NCBI GenBank assembly: GCA_040386535.1
Contig: JAZKFH010000053.1
Coordinates: forward strand, 71,513-120,597
Direction: 5' to 3'
DNA: 49,085 nucleotides
Source of the DNA: Myxococcota bacterium
GTDB taxonomy: Bacteria > Myxococcota_A > UBA796 > SXON01
Shown here piece by piece: positions 29,677 to 39,012 of this stretch. A program made the position numbers and the translations under genes. How positions within the stretch are numbered: position 1 is the stretch's first letter; each line of letters opens with the position of its first letter. Under the pieces are notes generated by a model. That model was not told the DNA's origin and made no database searches. It was given only the letters and a program-made list of their open reading frames with translations.

Positions 29677-31074
29677 ATGCTCCTCCTCCTCCTCGCCTGC
29701 ACCGGCGCTCCGCCCGCCGACGAGCCCGGTGCCACCTGCCCCGACGATCCCGGCGTGGTGACGGCGAGCGGCCCGCCGCGCACGGTGCTGCTCATCAGCG
29801 TGGACACGGTCAATCGTGACTTTCTCGGCGTGCACCACCCCGAGTGGGACACCACCCCCACGATCGACGCCCTGTTCGCCGAGGGAGTGCGCCTCGACAA
29901 CGTGCTCGTGCCGCGCGGGCTCTCGGCGGTGTCGATGGCGACCATGGTGACCGGCGCCTACCCGGTCACCCACCGCGTGCGGGACAACGAGGCGCCGGAG
30001 GGCGGCGGCGCGGGCATCGCGGCGGGGGTGGAGACGCTCTATCAACGTTTCGGCGCGGCCGGCTACTCGACCCACGGGTGGCTGGCGAACATGTGTTTTC
30101 TGCTCGACGGGGAGCCCGCCATCGGCCACCGCAGCTGCCAATCGGACGACGAGGTGCCGGGTACCCAACAGGACGTGGGAGACATGCGCCTCGCGACGGA
30201 GGCCGCGGAGACGATCGCGGCGCTGCCGGCGGAGGAGGCGTTCTTCGGGTGGGTCCACTTCATGGACCCCCACGATCCGTACGACCGGCGCGACCCCTGG
30301 TACGCGGAGTTCCACCCCGACACCTACGAGGGGCCGCTACAGGACCCCACCGAGGCCGAGCTGCTCTCCGTTTCACGCGGGGACACCCCGTATGGGGAGG
30401 ACGACCGCCGCCACGTCGAGGCCATCTACGCGAGCCAGCTGCGCCAGACGGACGAGCACGTCGCCACGCTGCTCGCCGCGCTCTCTGCGGCCGGGCGCCT
30501 GGAGGACGCGGTCATCGCCGTCGCGTTCGACCACGGCGACGAGCTGGCGCGCCGCTCGGGCTATTTCTTTCACGGCTGCTCGCCCTACAATGGCGTGATG
30601 GGCTCCACGTTCGGCGTGCGCGCCCCCGGACGCCTGCCCGCCGGCGAGGTGTTGGCGAATTGGGTGCCCGCGGCCGACCTGGTCCCCACGCTGCTCGACG
30701 TGGCGGAGCTCCCCTGGAGCGGCCCGGGGGAGGGGCGATCCCTCGTCTCGACCATGCGGAGTTGTGTCGAACCCCAACACGCGGCGTATTTCGAGCGCGG
30801 GGCGGAGACAGCCGGGGTGGTCCTGGGATCGTGGAAGTACATCCTCGATCCGAAGGCCGGCTATTCCAAGTGCAAACACTACGACGGAGAGATGCCGTTC
30901 CCCGGCGAGCCCGAGGAGCTGTACCATTTGCCGGACGACCCCTCGGAGCTCTCCAACCTGGCCGACGCGCGGCCTGAGGTCGCCGGGGTGCTCCGCGCGC
31001 AGGTGTGCAACTGGGTGCGCACGAACGAGTGGTCGGACGACCCCACGAACGCCCTGCTGATCGCGTGTGAGTGA
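29677..31074 (+). CDS. Sulfatase-like (alkaline phosphatase superfamily) lipoprotein
   Basis: LLAC lipobox; LISVDT, TP.ID.L..EG, WVHFMDPH.PY, DHGDE, ELY.L..DP.E..NLA. Confidence 0.85.
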   Translation: MLLLLLACTGAPPADEPGATCPDDPGVVTASGPPRTVLLISVDTVNRDFLGVHHPEWDTTPTIDALFAEGVRLDNVLVPRGLSAVSMATMVTGAYPVTHRVRDNEAPEGGGAGIAAGVETLYQRFGAAGYSTHGWLANMCFLLDGEPAIGHRSCQSDDEVPGTQQDVGDMRLATEAAETIAALPAEEAFFGWVHFMDPHDPYDRRDPWYAEFHPDTYEGPLQDPTEAELLSVSRGDTPYGEDDRRHVEAIYASQLRQTDEHVATLLAALSAAGRLEDAVIAVAFDHGDELARRSGYFFHGCSPYNGVMGSTFGVRAPGRLPAGEVLANWVPAADLVPTLLDVAELPWSGPGEGRSLVSTMRSCVEPQHAAYFERGAETAGVVLGSWKYILDPKAGYSKCKHYDGEMPFPGEPEELYHLPDDPSELSNLADARPEVAGVLRAQVCNWVRTNEWSDDPTNALLIACE

Positions 31075-31206
31075 GGCGAGCGCGCTCCGTGGCGCACAGC
31101 CGTAGCGGCAGAGCCAGGCCTCATTCCCGCCATCATTTGGCGTAACCATCGCGTGCGTCGGGCGCCCCTGGCATCGCCGTGAGCATCCCCGTGTCATATC
31201 GGGCGA

Positions 31207-33750
31207 GTGGTTCGGCTTGTCGTCCGACCCAGCCAGCCGCGATTGAGGAAGGTGCCCGTCCCGACATTTCTACCCCACCCGCGACAGTGGTTCGTGCCGG
31301 GCGGCGTCGCGGAGGCCACGCCGGCGCGGCCTCCGCGTTCCGCATGGATCGGCGTCGCGGCGCGAACCGCGTTGTTCTTCCTGGTCTTCATGGCGTTGAC
31401 ACAGGTGGGCTACCTGTTCGCCTTCCAGCCGTACACGGGCATCGGCGTGTTCTGGCCATCCGCGGGCTTCTGCCTCGCGGTGTTGCTGCTCGAGGACTTC
31501 CGCGCCTGGCCGGCCTATGTCGCGGCCATCTTCGTCGGCGAATTCGTCGGCGTCACGCTGCAGGGGCACCCTGTCCCGGTGAGCCTGCTCTGGTCGGTCG
31601 CGGCGAGCGGGGAGCCCCTCCTCGCGGCGTGGGTGTTGCGCCGCGTCATGGGCTCGCCGTTCACGGTGGGGAGCATCAAGGACCTGGTGGCGTTGGTGGC
31701 GGTGGGCGCCATCGTGTCACCGTGCCTCGCGGGGGCGCTGGCGGCCACGGGGGCCGTGTGGGGGTTGGGTGCCCCCTCGTGGTCGATGAGCTGGATCACC
31801 TGGTGGTTCGGCGACGCGCTGGGCGTCGTGGTCGTCACCCCGTTTTTGCTGGTGTGGCTTGCCCGGGGCCAACCCAGGCCCCGCGCCCGCGAGGTGCTCG
31901 TGGGCGTGCTGCTCATGGGCCTCGTCGCGCTCTCGGCCCAGGCGTTGTTCGGCGCGAACCCCGTCGGGGGCGTGTTGTGGATCGTGCCCGGGTTCCTCAC
32001 GTTTCCGCTGATGTTGTGGGCGGCGGTCCGATTCGAGCTCCGCGGGGTCACCACGGCCGCCGCCATCCTCAACATCCTCGCGGCGTACCACACCACCCGG
32101 GGCCGCGGCATGTTCGCCGAGCTCGGCGGCACGCCGCTCGACCGCTTGATTGCGCTCCAGGCCTACCTCTCGGCGGTCACCCTCTCGTCGGTCACGTTGG
32201 CGGCGGCGTTGGGCGAGCGCCGCCGGGGCGAGCGGCAGCTCCAGGACATGATCGACAACGCCAGCGCCGTCATCTTCGCGAAGCGTACGGACGGCCGGTA
32301 TCTGTTCGTCAACCGGGCCTTCGAGCGGATCACCGGCACCTGCCGAAAGGACGTGGTGGGGCGCACGGCGCACCAGCTCTGGTCGGCCCCGTACGCGGAT
32401 GCGACCGCGGACGCGGACCTCGAAGTGCTGCAGACCGGGCAGTCGCGGGTCAGCGAGGAGGAGATCCCCACCCAGACGGGGCACCGCACCTACGCGGGCG
32501 TACGTTTTCCCCTCATCGCCGAGCACGGCGCGCCCTACGCGGTGTGTGGCATGGCGACGGACATCACCGAACGCAAGCGGGCGGAGGAGGCGCTCCAACG
32601 CAGCGAGGAGCGGCTCCGGTACGTGGTCGCCGCCACCCACGACGCCATCTACGATCTCGACGTGCTCACCGGAACGGTGTGGCGCAACGAGCGGTACGAG
32701 GTGTTGTTCGGCCCGACGGCGGGTCCGGATGTGTGGATGGCACGTATCCATCCCGACGACCGTGCCCGGGTGCTCGCGAGCCTCCGCGCCGCGTCGGACG
32801 CGCATGCGCGCACGTGGGCGGAGGAGTACCGCTTCACGCGGCCGGATGGTTCCTACGCCCGCGTGCTGGACAACGCCTACCTGCTCTACGGTCCCGACGG
32901 GGAGCAGATCCGCATGATCGGCGCCCTCGCGGACGTGACGGAGCGGCGGGAAGCCCAGGCCGCCCTGGAGCTCGCAAATCGGGAGCTCGAGCAGCGGGTC
33001 GAGCGCCGCACCGCCGAGCTCGCCGCCGCGTTCGAGCAGATGGAGTCGTTCAGTTATTCGATCTCGCACGATCTCCGTGGGCCGCTCCGCGCCATCAACG
33101 GGTTCGGAAAGGCGTTGGAGGAGGAGCTCGCGCACCTCGGCTCCCGCGACGCCAACGAGTACCTGGCGCGGATCCGCGCGGCGTCGCGCCACATGGGCGA
33201 GCTCATCGACGACCTGCTCACCCTCTCCCGCGCCGGCCGTGCGGAGGTGCGCCACGAGGCGGTCAACCTGGGCTCGATCGTGAGCACCGTGGTGCAGGAG
33301 CTGCGCGACGGCGAGCCCGAGCGCATCGTCACGGTGAACGTCGAGCCGGGGCTCATCGTGTGTGGTGACCCGGGCCTGCTCCGGATCGTGTTGCAGAACC
33401 TCCTCGCGAACGCCTGGAAGTTCACGAGCCAACATCCGACGGCGCGGATCGACATCGGCCGATTGGAGCTGGGCGAGGAGACCGCGTACTTCGTGCGGGA
33501 CGACGGTGCCGGCTTCGACGAGCGCTACTCCGGAAAGTTGTTCCGCCCGTTCGAGCGCCTGCACCGCACGACCGAATTTCCGGGCACGGGCATCGGCCTC
33601 GCGACCACCCACCGCATCATCGCGCGCCATGGCGGGCGGGTGTGGGCAAAGGGCGCGGTGGAGGCCGGCGCGACGTTCTACTTCACGGTCCCGGACGGCG
33701 AGGCGGGGGTGTGCGGGCCCGCGACGGCGCGCTCCGTCTCGAAGGACTGA
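31207..33750 (+). CDS. MASE1-PAS-PAS sensor histidine kinase
   Basis: FWPSAG and WWFGDALG (MASE1); two PAS/PAC (DITERKRAEE, IHPDDR); SYSISHDLR.PL, NLL.NAWKF, D.G.GF, GTGIGL; exact start uncertain. Confidence 0.92.
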   Translation: MVRLVVRPSQPRLRKVPVPTFLPHPRQWFVPGGVAEATPARPPRSAWIGVAARTALFFLVFMALTQVGYLFAFQPYTGIGVFWPSAGFCLAVLLLEDFRAWPAYVAAIFVGEFVGVTLQGHPVPVSLLWSVAASGEPLLAAWVLRRVMGSPFTVGSIKDLVALVAVGAIVSPCLAGALAATGAVWGLGAPSWSMSWITWWFGDALGVVVVTPFLLVWLARGQPRPRAREVLVGVLLMGLVALSAQALFGANPVGGVLWIVPGFLTFPLMLWAAVRFELRGVTTAAAILNILAAYHTTRGRGMFAELGGTPLDRLIALQAYLSAVTLSSVTLAAALGERRRGERQLQDMIDNASAVIFAKRTDGRYLFVNRAFERITGTCRKDVVGRTAHQLWSAPYADATADADLEVLQTGQSRVSEEEIPTQTGHRTYAGVRFPLIAEHGAPYAVCGMATDITERKRAEEALQRSEERLRYVVAATHDAIYDLDVLTGTVWRNERYEVLFGPTAGPDVWMARIHPDDRARVLASLRAASDAHARTWAEEYRFTRPDGSYARVLDNAYLLYGPDGEQIRMIGALADVTERREAQAALELANRELEQRVERRTAELAAAFEQMESFSYSISHDLRGPLRAINGFGKALEEELAHLGSRDANEYLARIRAASRHMGELIDDLLTLSRAGRAEVRHEAVNLGSIVSTVVQELRDGEPERIVTVNVEPGLIVCGDPGLLRIVLQNLLANAWKFTSQHPTARIDIGRLELGEETAYFVRDDGAGFDERYSGKLFRPFERLHRTTEFPGTGIGLATTHRIIARHGGRVWAKGAVEAGATFYFTVPDGEAGVCGPATARSVSKD

Positions 33751-34148
33751 GTGGTACGCGGCCACACGGGGGCCCAGGCGGCGCCGGCCGCGCAGGTGGC
33801 GGCGACTTGGGAGAGGGGTGAAGTCGGGAGGATCCACGCCTCCGCGAGCCCGGTGGCGTCGAGGCGCACGCTGAACGTGCCTGTCACCCCACAGGCCGCG
33901 ATCGCGGTCGTGGCGGCGTCCATCGCGCCCATGGCGGCCTCGATGTCGACCAGGGGCGGCGCGGCGCCGTCGGGCGGCGCGTGCGTCACGGGGCGGGCGA
34001 GCGGCACGCGGGCATCCACGGTCGGCGGCGGCGCGTCGCTCCCGAACACGTCGTCGGCGCGCTTGTCGCGCAGGATCCAGATGGCGTAGGCCAAGAGGGC
34101 CGTCCAGAAGAACAGGCGGATGGCGAGCGTGCGCGGGGGGAGGATCAT
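33678..34148 (-). CDS. Single-TM hypothetical protein
   Basis: N-terminal TM, Pro-rich linker, two Cys; 3' end overlaps the kinase. Confidence 0.55.
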   Translation of the reverse strand: MILPPRTLAIRLFFWTALLAYAIWILRDKRADDVFGSDAPPPTVDARVPLARPVTHAPPDGAAPPLVDIEAAMGAMDAATTAIAACGVTGTFSVRLDATGLAEAWILPTSPLSQVAATCAAGAAWAPVWPRTTQSFETERAVAGPHTPASPSGTVK

Positions 34149-34209
34149 CGGGGCGTTGGGGTAACCCGGTCGCCCGCGTGGAAGTTGGAGGAGGGGGACC
34201 GCCCCCTTC

Positions 34210-34241
34210 TTGACAACCGCGCCCCTCTTCCGCGGTACACT
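34210..34241 (+). promoter_or_regulatory. Sigma70-like promoter of a leaderless gene
   Basis: TTGACA (34210-15) and TACACT (34236-41), 7 nt before ATG; the 20-nt spacer is longer than canonical. Confidence 0.45.
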
Positions 34242-34248
34242 GCTTTTC

Positions 34249-35637
34249 ATGCGCACACTTTGCCTCCCGCTCGGTTTCGCGCTCCTTACGCTCGCCGCCG
34301 GCTGTGACCCGTGCGCCAGCTACACCGGCACCCGCTTCGAGGACGCCGAGGGCGAGCTCGAGCCCGGCGTACTGGACGACCTGGAGGCCACCTACGACCG
34401 GTTCGTCGCGGCCACGGGGCCCGGGCGGGTCTGCATCGATCGCATCGTGGTCGAGTCGGAGGTCCACCCCGCCGGATCGTTGATCTACGGCGGGCCGGAC
34501 TGGGTCATCGAGGTCAACCCCGCCGAGATGTTCCCCACCCGATCCCTGCGCGGCGACCTGTGCCTGGCGCTCGATCGGCGCGAAGACATCGACGCCCAGG
34601 CGCCCGACGGGCTGTTCGACGAGGGCGGGTTCGCGGGGGCGTGCGCGTGCACCTACCCGGACTTCGCGTGGCACGAGGAGGTGGTGGACGCGTGCGGCGT
34701 GTCCCCGCTCTCCGAGGAGGACCAGTTCATGGCCGCAGTGGCCTTCCCGGTGGCGGCCGAGGGGCGGGTGGACAGCGCGCTCGCCGTCTCCGAGGGCGCC
34801 CCGGTGCGGCTCGCGGGGGTGGCCGTCGGGATGCACGTCATCGACCAGGTCGCGATCGGCGACGGGCTTCTCCTCCGCCTCGTCTCGGACGATGTGCCAC
34901 GCCTTCAGCGCGTCGTCCATGTCGACCTCGACACCGGCGTCGTCACGGACATCCTCTCGTCCGAGGACACCGTCGAGCTGTACGGCGGGGCCGAACGCGG
35001 CGTGGTCCGCGAGACCCTGGCGGACCAGGGCGGCGACATCCTGCACGTCGTCGACGCGGAGACCCTCGAGGTGGGCTCCTTGCCGGTCGCGCCCCAATCC
35101 CGCTACGACAGCGGCGGCACCGTGTCCGACGGCGCCTTGTACAGCGCGCCGGATCCCCTCCACGGAACGCTCGACCTCCAACGGCTCGATCTCGACACCG
35201 GCGCCGTCACCACGCTCACCCTCCCGCCAATCGTGGCGCCGCTTCAGGTGCTCCCCGACGTGGTGTTGGCCGTGCCCGGCGGGCTCGTGATGGCCTACCG
35301 GGAGGTCGAGATCGAGCGGTCTGGCGACATGGTCGGGATCACCGTCGGCGACGCCGTGCTCGCCCGCTGGTCGGCCGCGGACGGCGCCTGGACCGAGCTC
35401 ACCCGCGCGGTCGACTTCGCGCCCTCCGGCGCCATGGCCGACGGCCGCCTGGTCGGCACGGTGCACGGCGCCGGCACGCTGCTGGCCGCCTACGCCTACG
35501 ACGACGACCACCTCGCCGTGTCCGTCGACACCTGCGTCACCGAGACCAACTGGCCCGCCGTGGTCGCTGGGGAGCGCGCGTGGAGCATTACGGTCGACGG
35601 CGCCGACATCCTACTTTCGCCCTACCTCCTCGACTGA
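34249..35637 (+). CDS. Hypothetical lipoprotein, probable C-terminal beta-propeller
   Basis: LAAGC lipobox; repeated 'DLDTG.VT' and 'DAETLEV' blade-like motifs. Confidence 0.75.
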   Translation: MRTLCLPLGFALLTLAAGCDPCASYTGTRFEDAEGELEPGVLDDLEATYDRFVAATGPGRVCIDRIVVESEVHPAGSLIYGGPDWVIEVNPAEMFPTRSLRGDLCLALDRREDIDAQAPDGLFDEGGFAGACACTYPDFAWHEEVVDACGVSPLSEEDQFMAAVAFPVAAEGRVDSALAVSEGAPVRLAGVAVGMHVIDQVAIGDGLLLRLVSDDVPRLQRVVHVDLDTGVVTDILSSEDTVELYGGAERGVVRETLADQGGDILHVVDAETLEVGSLPVAPQSRYDSGGTVSDGALYSAPDPLHGTLDLQRLDLDTGAVTTLTLPPIVAPLQVLPDVVLAVPGGLVMAYREVEIERSGDMVGITVGDAVLARWSAADGAWTELTRAVDFAPSGAMADGRLVGTVHGAGTLLAAYAYDDDHLAVSVDTCVTETNWPAVVAGERAWSITVDGADILLSPYLLD

Positions 35638-35669
35638 GGCGGGAGCGATCGGGCCCGTGCTACGGTGCG

Positions 35670-35768
35670 GGGACGGGACGTGGGCCTGGAGCAGCTCCGC
35701 GGTCGAGCAGCCGAGAAAAATCGGTTGGCGCGGGTTCGAATCCCGCCTCCGGGCCTCCGTCCCGACCC
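35670..35768 (+). ncRNA. tRNA-like RNA with aberrant anticodon loop and extended acceptor stem
   Basis: D arm GCTC/GAGC, stem GCCGA/TCGGT, T arm GCGGG-TTCGAAT-CCCGC, acceptor GGCCTGGAG/CTCCGGGCC, outer stem; upstream TGcTACGGT. Confidence 0.7.
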
Positions 35769-35784
35769 GCGCTGCCCGCTCGCG

Positions 35785-36468
35785 CTACTCGTCGACCGCG
35801 CACCAGGCGGCGTCGAACGTGGCGGCCACCGTCACGGGCGCGTCCTCACCGTCGAGCGCGGCGAACGTCCCCTCGACCTCGCCGGTCGCGCGCACGGTGG
35901 GCTCGACCGACTCCACCGTCAACAGGCCCGTCTCCAGGTCCCGGATCGGCAGCGGCCCGAGCTCGTTTCGGCTCTTGACCCCGCAGCGCTCGATGCCCTC
36001 GCCGCCCTCGTCCCAGTCCTCGAGGTAGGTCGCGTACGCGTCCTGATCCACGTACGTGAGCGAGCCCGTGAGCGCGCTCGCGGTGCTCTCGCCGCCCCAG
36101 TCGCCCTCCGCCACGTCGGCGGGCCCCCCGTCGCCCGAGGGCTGAAGCACGAGGTAGTGCGCGCCGTCGTACCAGAGCGCGGCCATCGCCGTGGCCCACG
36201 CCTGCATCGGGGCCATCGCGTCGGCGCAGTACGTCTCGCTGTCGATGTCGTAGGGGACGGTCTCGGTGAACGCGGCGTTGGCGGCCTGCGCCTTCTCACA
36301 GTAGCCCTCGACGTTGGTCAACACGAGCGACTGGATCTGCCCGTCGGCGTCCGCCTCGCTGGTCCACGCCTCGGAGGCGACCTCGAACGGGGCGAGCCCG
36401 TCCACGGTGACACGGTCGCCGCCGCCACAAGCGGCCAGCAGGAGGAGACAAGCGGGCATCGTGCGCAT
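35785..36468 (-). CDS. Hypothetical lipoprotein
   Basis: LLLAAC lipobox; acidic; ends ATFDAAWC. Confidence 0.75.
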   Translation of the reverse strand: MRTMPACLLLLAACGGGDRVTVDGLAPFEVASEAWTSEADADGQIQSLVLTNVEGYCEKAQAANAAFTETVPYDIDSETYCADAMAPMQAWATAMAALWYDGAHYLVLQPSGDGGPADVAEGDWGGESTASALTGSLTYVDQDAYATYLEDWDEGGEGIERCGVKSRNELGPLPIRDLETGLLTVESVEPTVRATGEVEGTFAALDGEDAPVTVAATFDAAWCAVDE

Positions 36469-36512
36469 CGGCACGCCCTATCATCCGTGCGCGGGTCGAG
36501 GTACGTCGGCGC

Positions 36513-37322
36513 ATGCTCCACCTCCGCCCCGGCGTCGCGACCGACTACCCGGACTTCGCCCGCCTCTTCCCCGCGCTCACCGCCGAGCACGCCCCGCCCA
36601 CGGAGTCCCGCTGGATCGCGGAGATGATGCCGACCACGTTGATCGCCGAGCTGGGCGGCGCGACCGTCGGCTACCTCTACGGCCAGTTCCTGGCGGAGAC
36701 CGGCTACGTCCGGCAGCTCGTCGTCGCGCCCCAGGCACGGGGCCGTGGGATCGGGCGCGCCCTGCTCCTGGCCGTCGGCGGGGACTTTCGTCGCCGTGGC
36801 CTCGCGCGGTGGTGCCTCAACGTGCGGCCCGACAACGTCGCCGCGTTGCGACTCTATGCGTCCGTCGGCATGGCGCCCACGTTCGAGTCGCTCTTCCTGC
36901 GCTTCGCCGACTGGGCGCAGATCGACGCACTCCCGGCCGACCCGCCCGGCGTGACCGCCGGCACGTGGTCCCCCGACGAGGACACCCGCGGCGAGGCCGA
37001 GCTCGATCTCATGGCGGGCATGCTCACCGACGCGCGGGAGCGCAAGGGGCGCGTCGCGCGTGTGCTCCGGGACGGCGCCCGGTTCGTCGGCGCCGGCGTG
37101 CTCGACCCCGACCTGCCCGGCGTCTCCCCGTTCGTGGTCGCGACATCTCCTCCGCCAGAGGCGCTCGCCGGCGCGCTGCTACGGGCCCTGCGCCCCTTCC
37201 GCCGCCCCGACCTCGCCCACATCGAGGTGCGCGTCGAGGCCAACCCGCCGCTCGCCGCGCTGCTCCTGGCCGCGGGCGCCACCGAGCGGCTCCGCGCGTG
37301 GCGGTACGAGGGGGCGCTGTAG
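36513..37322 (+). CDS. GNAT N-acetyltransferase
   Basis: L.V.PQARGRGIGRALL, LNV..DN.AA..LY...G. Confidence 0.88.
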   Translation: MLHLRPGVATDYPDFARLFPALTAEHAPPTESRWIAEMMPTTLIAELGGATVGYLYGQFLAETGYVRQLVVAPQARGRGIGRALLLAVGGDFRRRGLARWCLNVRPDNVAALRLYASVGMAPTFESLFLRFADWAQIDALPADPPGVTAGTWSPDEDTRGEAELDLMAGMLTDARERKGRVARVLRDGARFVGAGVLDPDLPGVSPFVVATSPPPEALAGALLRALRPFRRPDLAHIEVRVEANPPLAALLLAAGATERLRAWRYEGAL

Positions 37323-37351
37323 GGGCGGGTCAGGAGAGGGGGCCGACTCGG

Positions 37352-37563
37352 GGACCGGAGTCGAGAGATGCTCGGTCATCGGTCGACCGCGGTCCTCCCA
37401 GGCGGACCGCAGTCGAGAGATGCTCGGTCATTGGCCGACCGCGGTCCTCCCAGGCGGACCGCAGTCGAGAGATGTGTGGTCATCGGCCGACCCCGGTCCT
37501 GCCCGCGATCGATGTTGCCCAACTCGCTGCTTCGGCGAGGACCGACTGACACCGATCACACCC
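37352..37563. repeat. MITE family B, partial copy with three 52-bp hairpin units
   Basis: Units at 37352, 37404, 37456; right end AGGACCGACTGAcACCGATCACACCC shared with 49003-49028. Confidence 0.85.
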
Positions 37564-37564
37564 G

Positions 37565-38413
37565 TCACGGGAGCTTCGCCAACAGCGCGCGGGCGTCGGC
37601 CACGTGGGCGGTGCCGTGGGCGCCGGCGGCGATCGCCTCGAGCACGGGCCGCGCGGCGTCCACGTCTCCGAGGCGTACCAGGCAGATCGCACGGTTGAAC
37701 GTGGCCTCCGGGACGAAGCGCCCGGTCGGGAACTCCGCGAGGTAGGCGTCCCATCCCGCGAGCGCGACGGCGTCGGCGCCCCGTTCGAAGTGGGCGCGGT
37801 GGGCGGCTTCGAAGGCGACGCGGTCGGCGTTGTCGAGGGGGTCGGGGGTGACGGGCACCGCTTCGAGGGCCGCGGATTCGACGTTCTCGAGGTGTGCTTC
37901 GCGCCCCACCGCTTCGCGCCCCGCCCCTTCGCGCCCCGCCCCTTCACGCCCCGCCCCTTCGAGCCCCGCCGCGCTGCGGGTGTCGGGCGCCGTCGTGCCT
38001 CTCCCGAGGGCGGTGGTCGGGCGGGTCGGAGGCGGCGTCGGGGTGGCTTGTGTCGCAGTCGTCACCGCTGGGGGGTTGGCCTGCACCGCCGCCGGTGCCT
38101 GCGCGTCCCTCGTCACGGTCGCGACCGCGTCGTTCGTCGTCCCCGCGTCGCTCGTCCCCGTCGCCGCCGCCACCGCGTCCCCGCGCCCCCACATCGTCCA
38201 CACCCGGCCCAGCTCCCCCGACGACCACGCCCACGTCGTCGCGTTCGTGCAGAGCATCCCGATCGCGACGGCCGCGATGACCCGCCGCCGGCGCGCGTGG
38301 TGCGCGGCGAGCGCGGAGCGCAGCAGGCGCGTGCGGGTCGCGGCGGCGTCGGGCGGAGCGGGCCGTCGGCCGGTGTAGGCCGCGATGGCCTCGTCGAGGC
38401 GGTCGTCGCTCAT
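37565..38413 (-). CDS. Putative anti-sigma factor with TM, low-complexity linker and C-terminal TPR-like domain
   Basis: RRRR + TM; YLAEFP.GRF.PEA...RA.CL.RLG; ATGA overlap with the ECF sigma. Confidence 0.72.
   Translation of the reverse strand: MSDDRLDEAIAAYTGRRPAPPDAAATRTRLLRSALAAHHARRRRVIAAVAIGMLCTNATTWAWSSGELGRVWTMWGRGDAVAAATGTSDAGTTNDAVATVTRDAQAPAAVQANPPAVTTATQATPTPPPTRPTTALGRGTTAPDTRSAAGLEGAGREGAGREGAGREAVGREAHLENVESAALEAVPVTPDPLDNADRVAFEAAHRAHFERGADAVALAGWDAYLAEFPTGRFVPEATFNRAICLVRLGDVDAARPVLEAIAAGAHGTAHVADARALLAKLP
37896..37970 (-). repeat. 15-bp tandem repeat (5 units) encoding (AGREG)n
   Basis: ccttcgcgccccgcc units, in frame in the anti-sigma linker. Confidence 0.8.
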
Positions 38414-39012
38414 GGCATCCCCCGCGCGGTCAGGTGGGCGCGCAACTTCTCGCGTGCGCGCGTCAGGCGGGTCCGCACGGTCACCTCGTTCACGCCGAGG
38501 ATGGCGGCGGCCTCGCGGCTCGTGCGCTCGTCGAGCACGCACAGGGTGAACGCCACGCGCTGGTCGACCGCGAGCGTGTCGAGGGCGCGGGCGAGCGCGT
38601 CGGCCAGCTCGGCGCGTTGCCCGGCCGCGGATGGCAGCGGCACCTCGGCGGCGACCTCCCGCCGGGCGATCCGGTCCCGCGCGCTGCGAAGCCGCGTCGC
38701 CGCGCGAATGTGCTTGTGGCACAGGCGCACCGCGATCCCGAGCAGGAATGTGCGCAGCGACGAGCGCCCTTCGAAGCGGGCCACCGCACCCGGCAGCGCC
38801 AGGAACGCGTCGTGGACGAGGTCCTCCGCGGCATCGGCGTCGCCGAGCAGCTTGCGGGCAAAGCCGCGTACGGTCTCGTGGTGCCGATCGTAGGCCTCGG
38901 CCAACGCCGACCGCTCGCCCACGCGCAGGCGCACGACAAGGTCGAGCACATCGTCGAGGCCCTCGTCGTCGGACACCCCCGCGGCCTCCAATTCGTCGCC
39001 CCCCAGGCGCAT
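38410..39012 (-). CDS. ECF sigma70 factor
   Basis: DAEDL-like AAEDLVHDAF, F.GRSSLRTFL.GIA, L...QR.AF.L, EAA.ILG....TVRTRL.RAR. Confidence 0.9.
   Translation of the reverse strand: MRLGGDELEAAGVSDDEGLDDVLDLVVRLRVGERSALAEAYDRHHETVRGFARKLLGDADAAEDLVHDAFLALPGAVARFEGRSSLRTFLLGIAVRLCHKHIRAATRLRSARDRIARREVAAEVPLPSAAGQRAELADALARALDTLAVDQRVAFTLCVLDERTSREAAAILGVNEVTVRTRLTRAREKLRAHLTARGMP

Noticed and set aside
31717..35511. 1264-aa minus-strand ORF
   Set aside because: Shadow of the kinase and lipoprotein genes.
35683..35758. Canonical tRNA-Phe
   Set aside because: The anticodon loop has 6 nt and no U33, position 8 is C and the acceptor is over-long; kept as tRNA-like instead.
37352..37499. CRISPR or TIGR-like array (also 48876-48971)
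   Set aside because: Units and linkers are essentially invariant with no unique spacers, there are no cas genes, and the units sit inside a TIR-bounded element.
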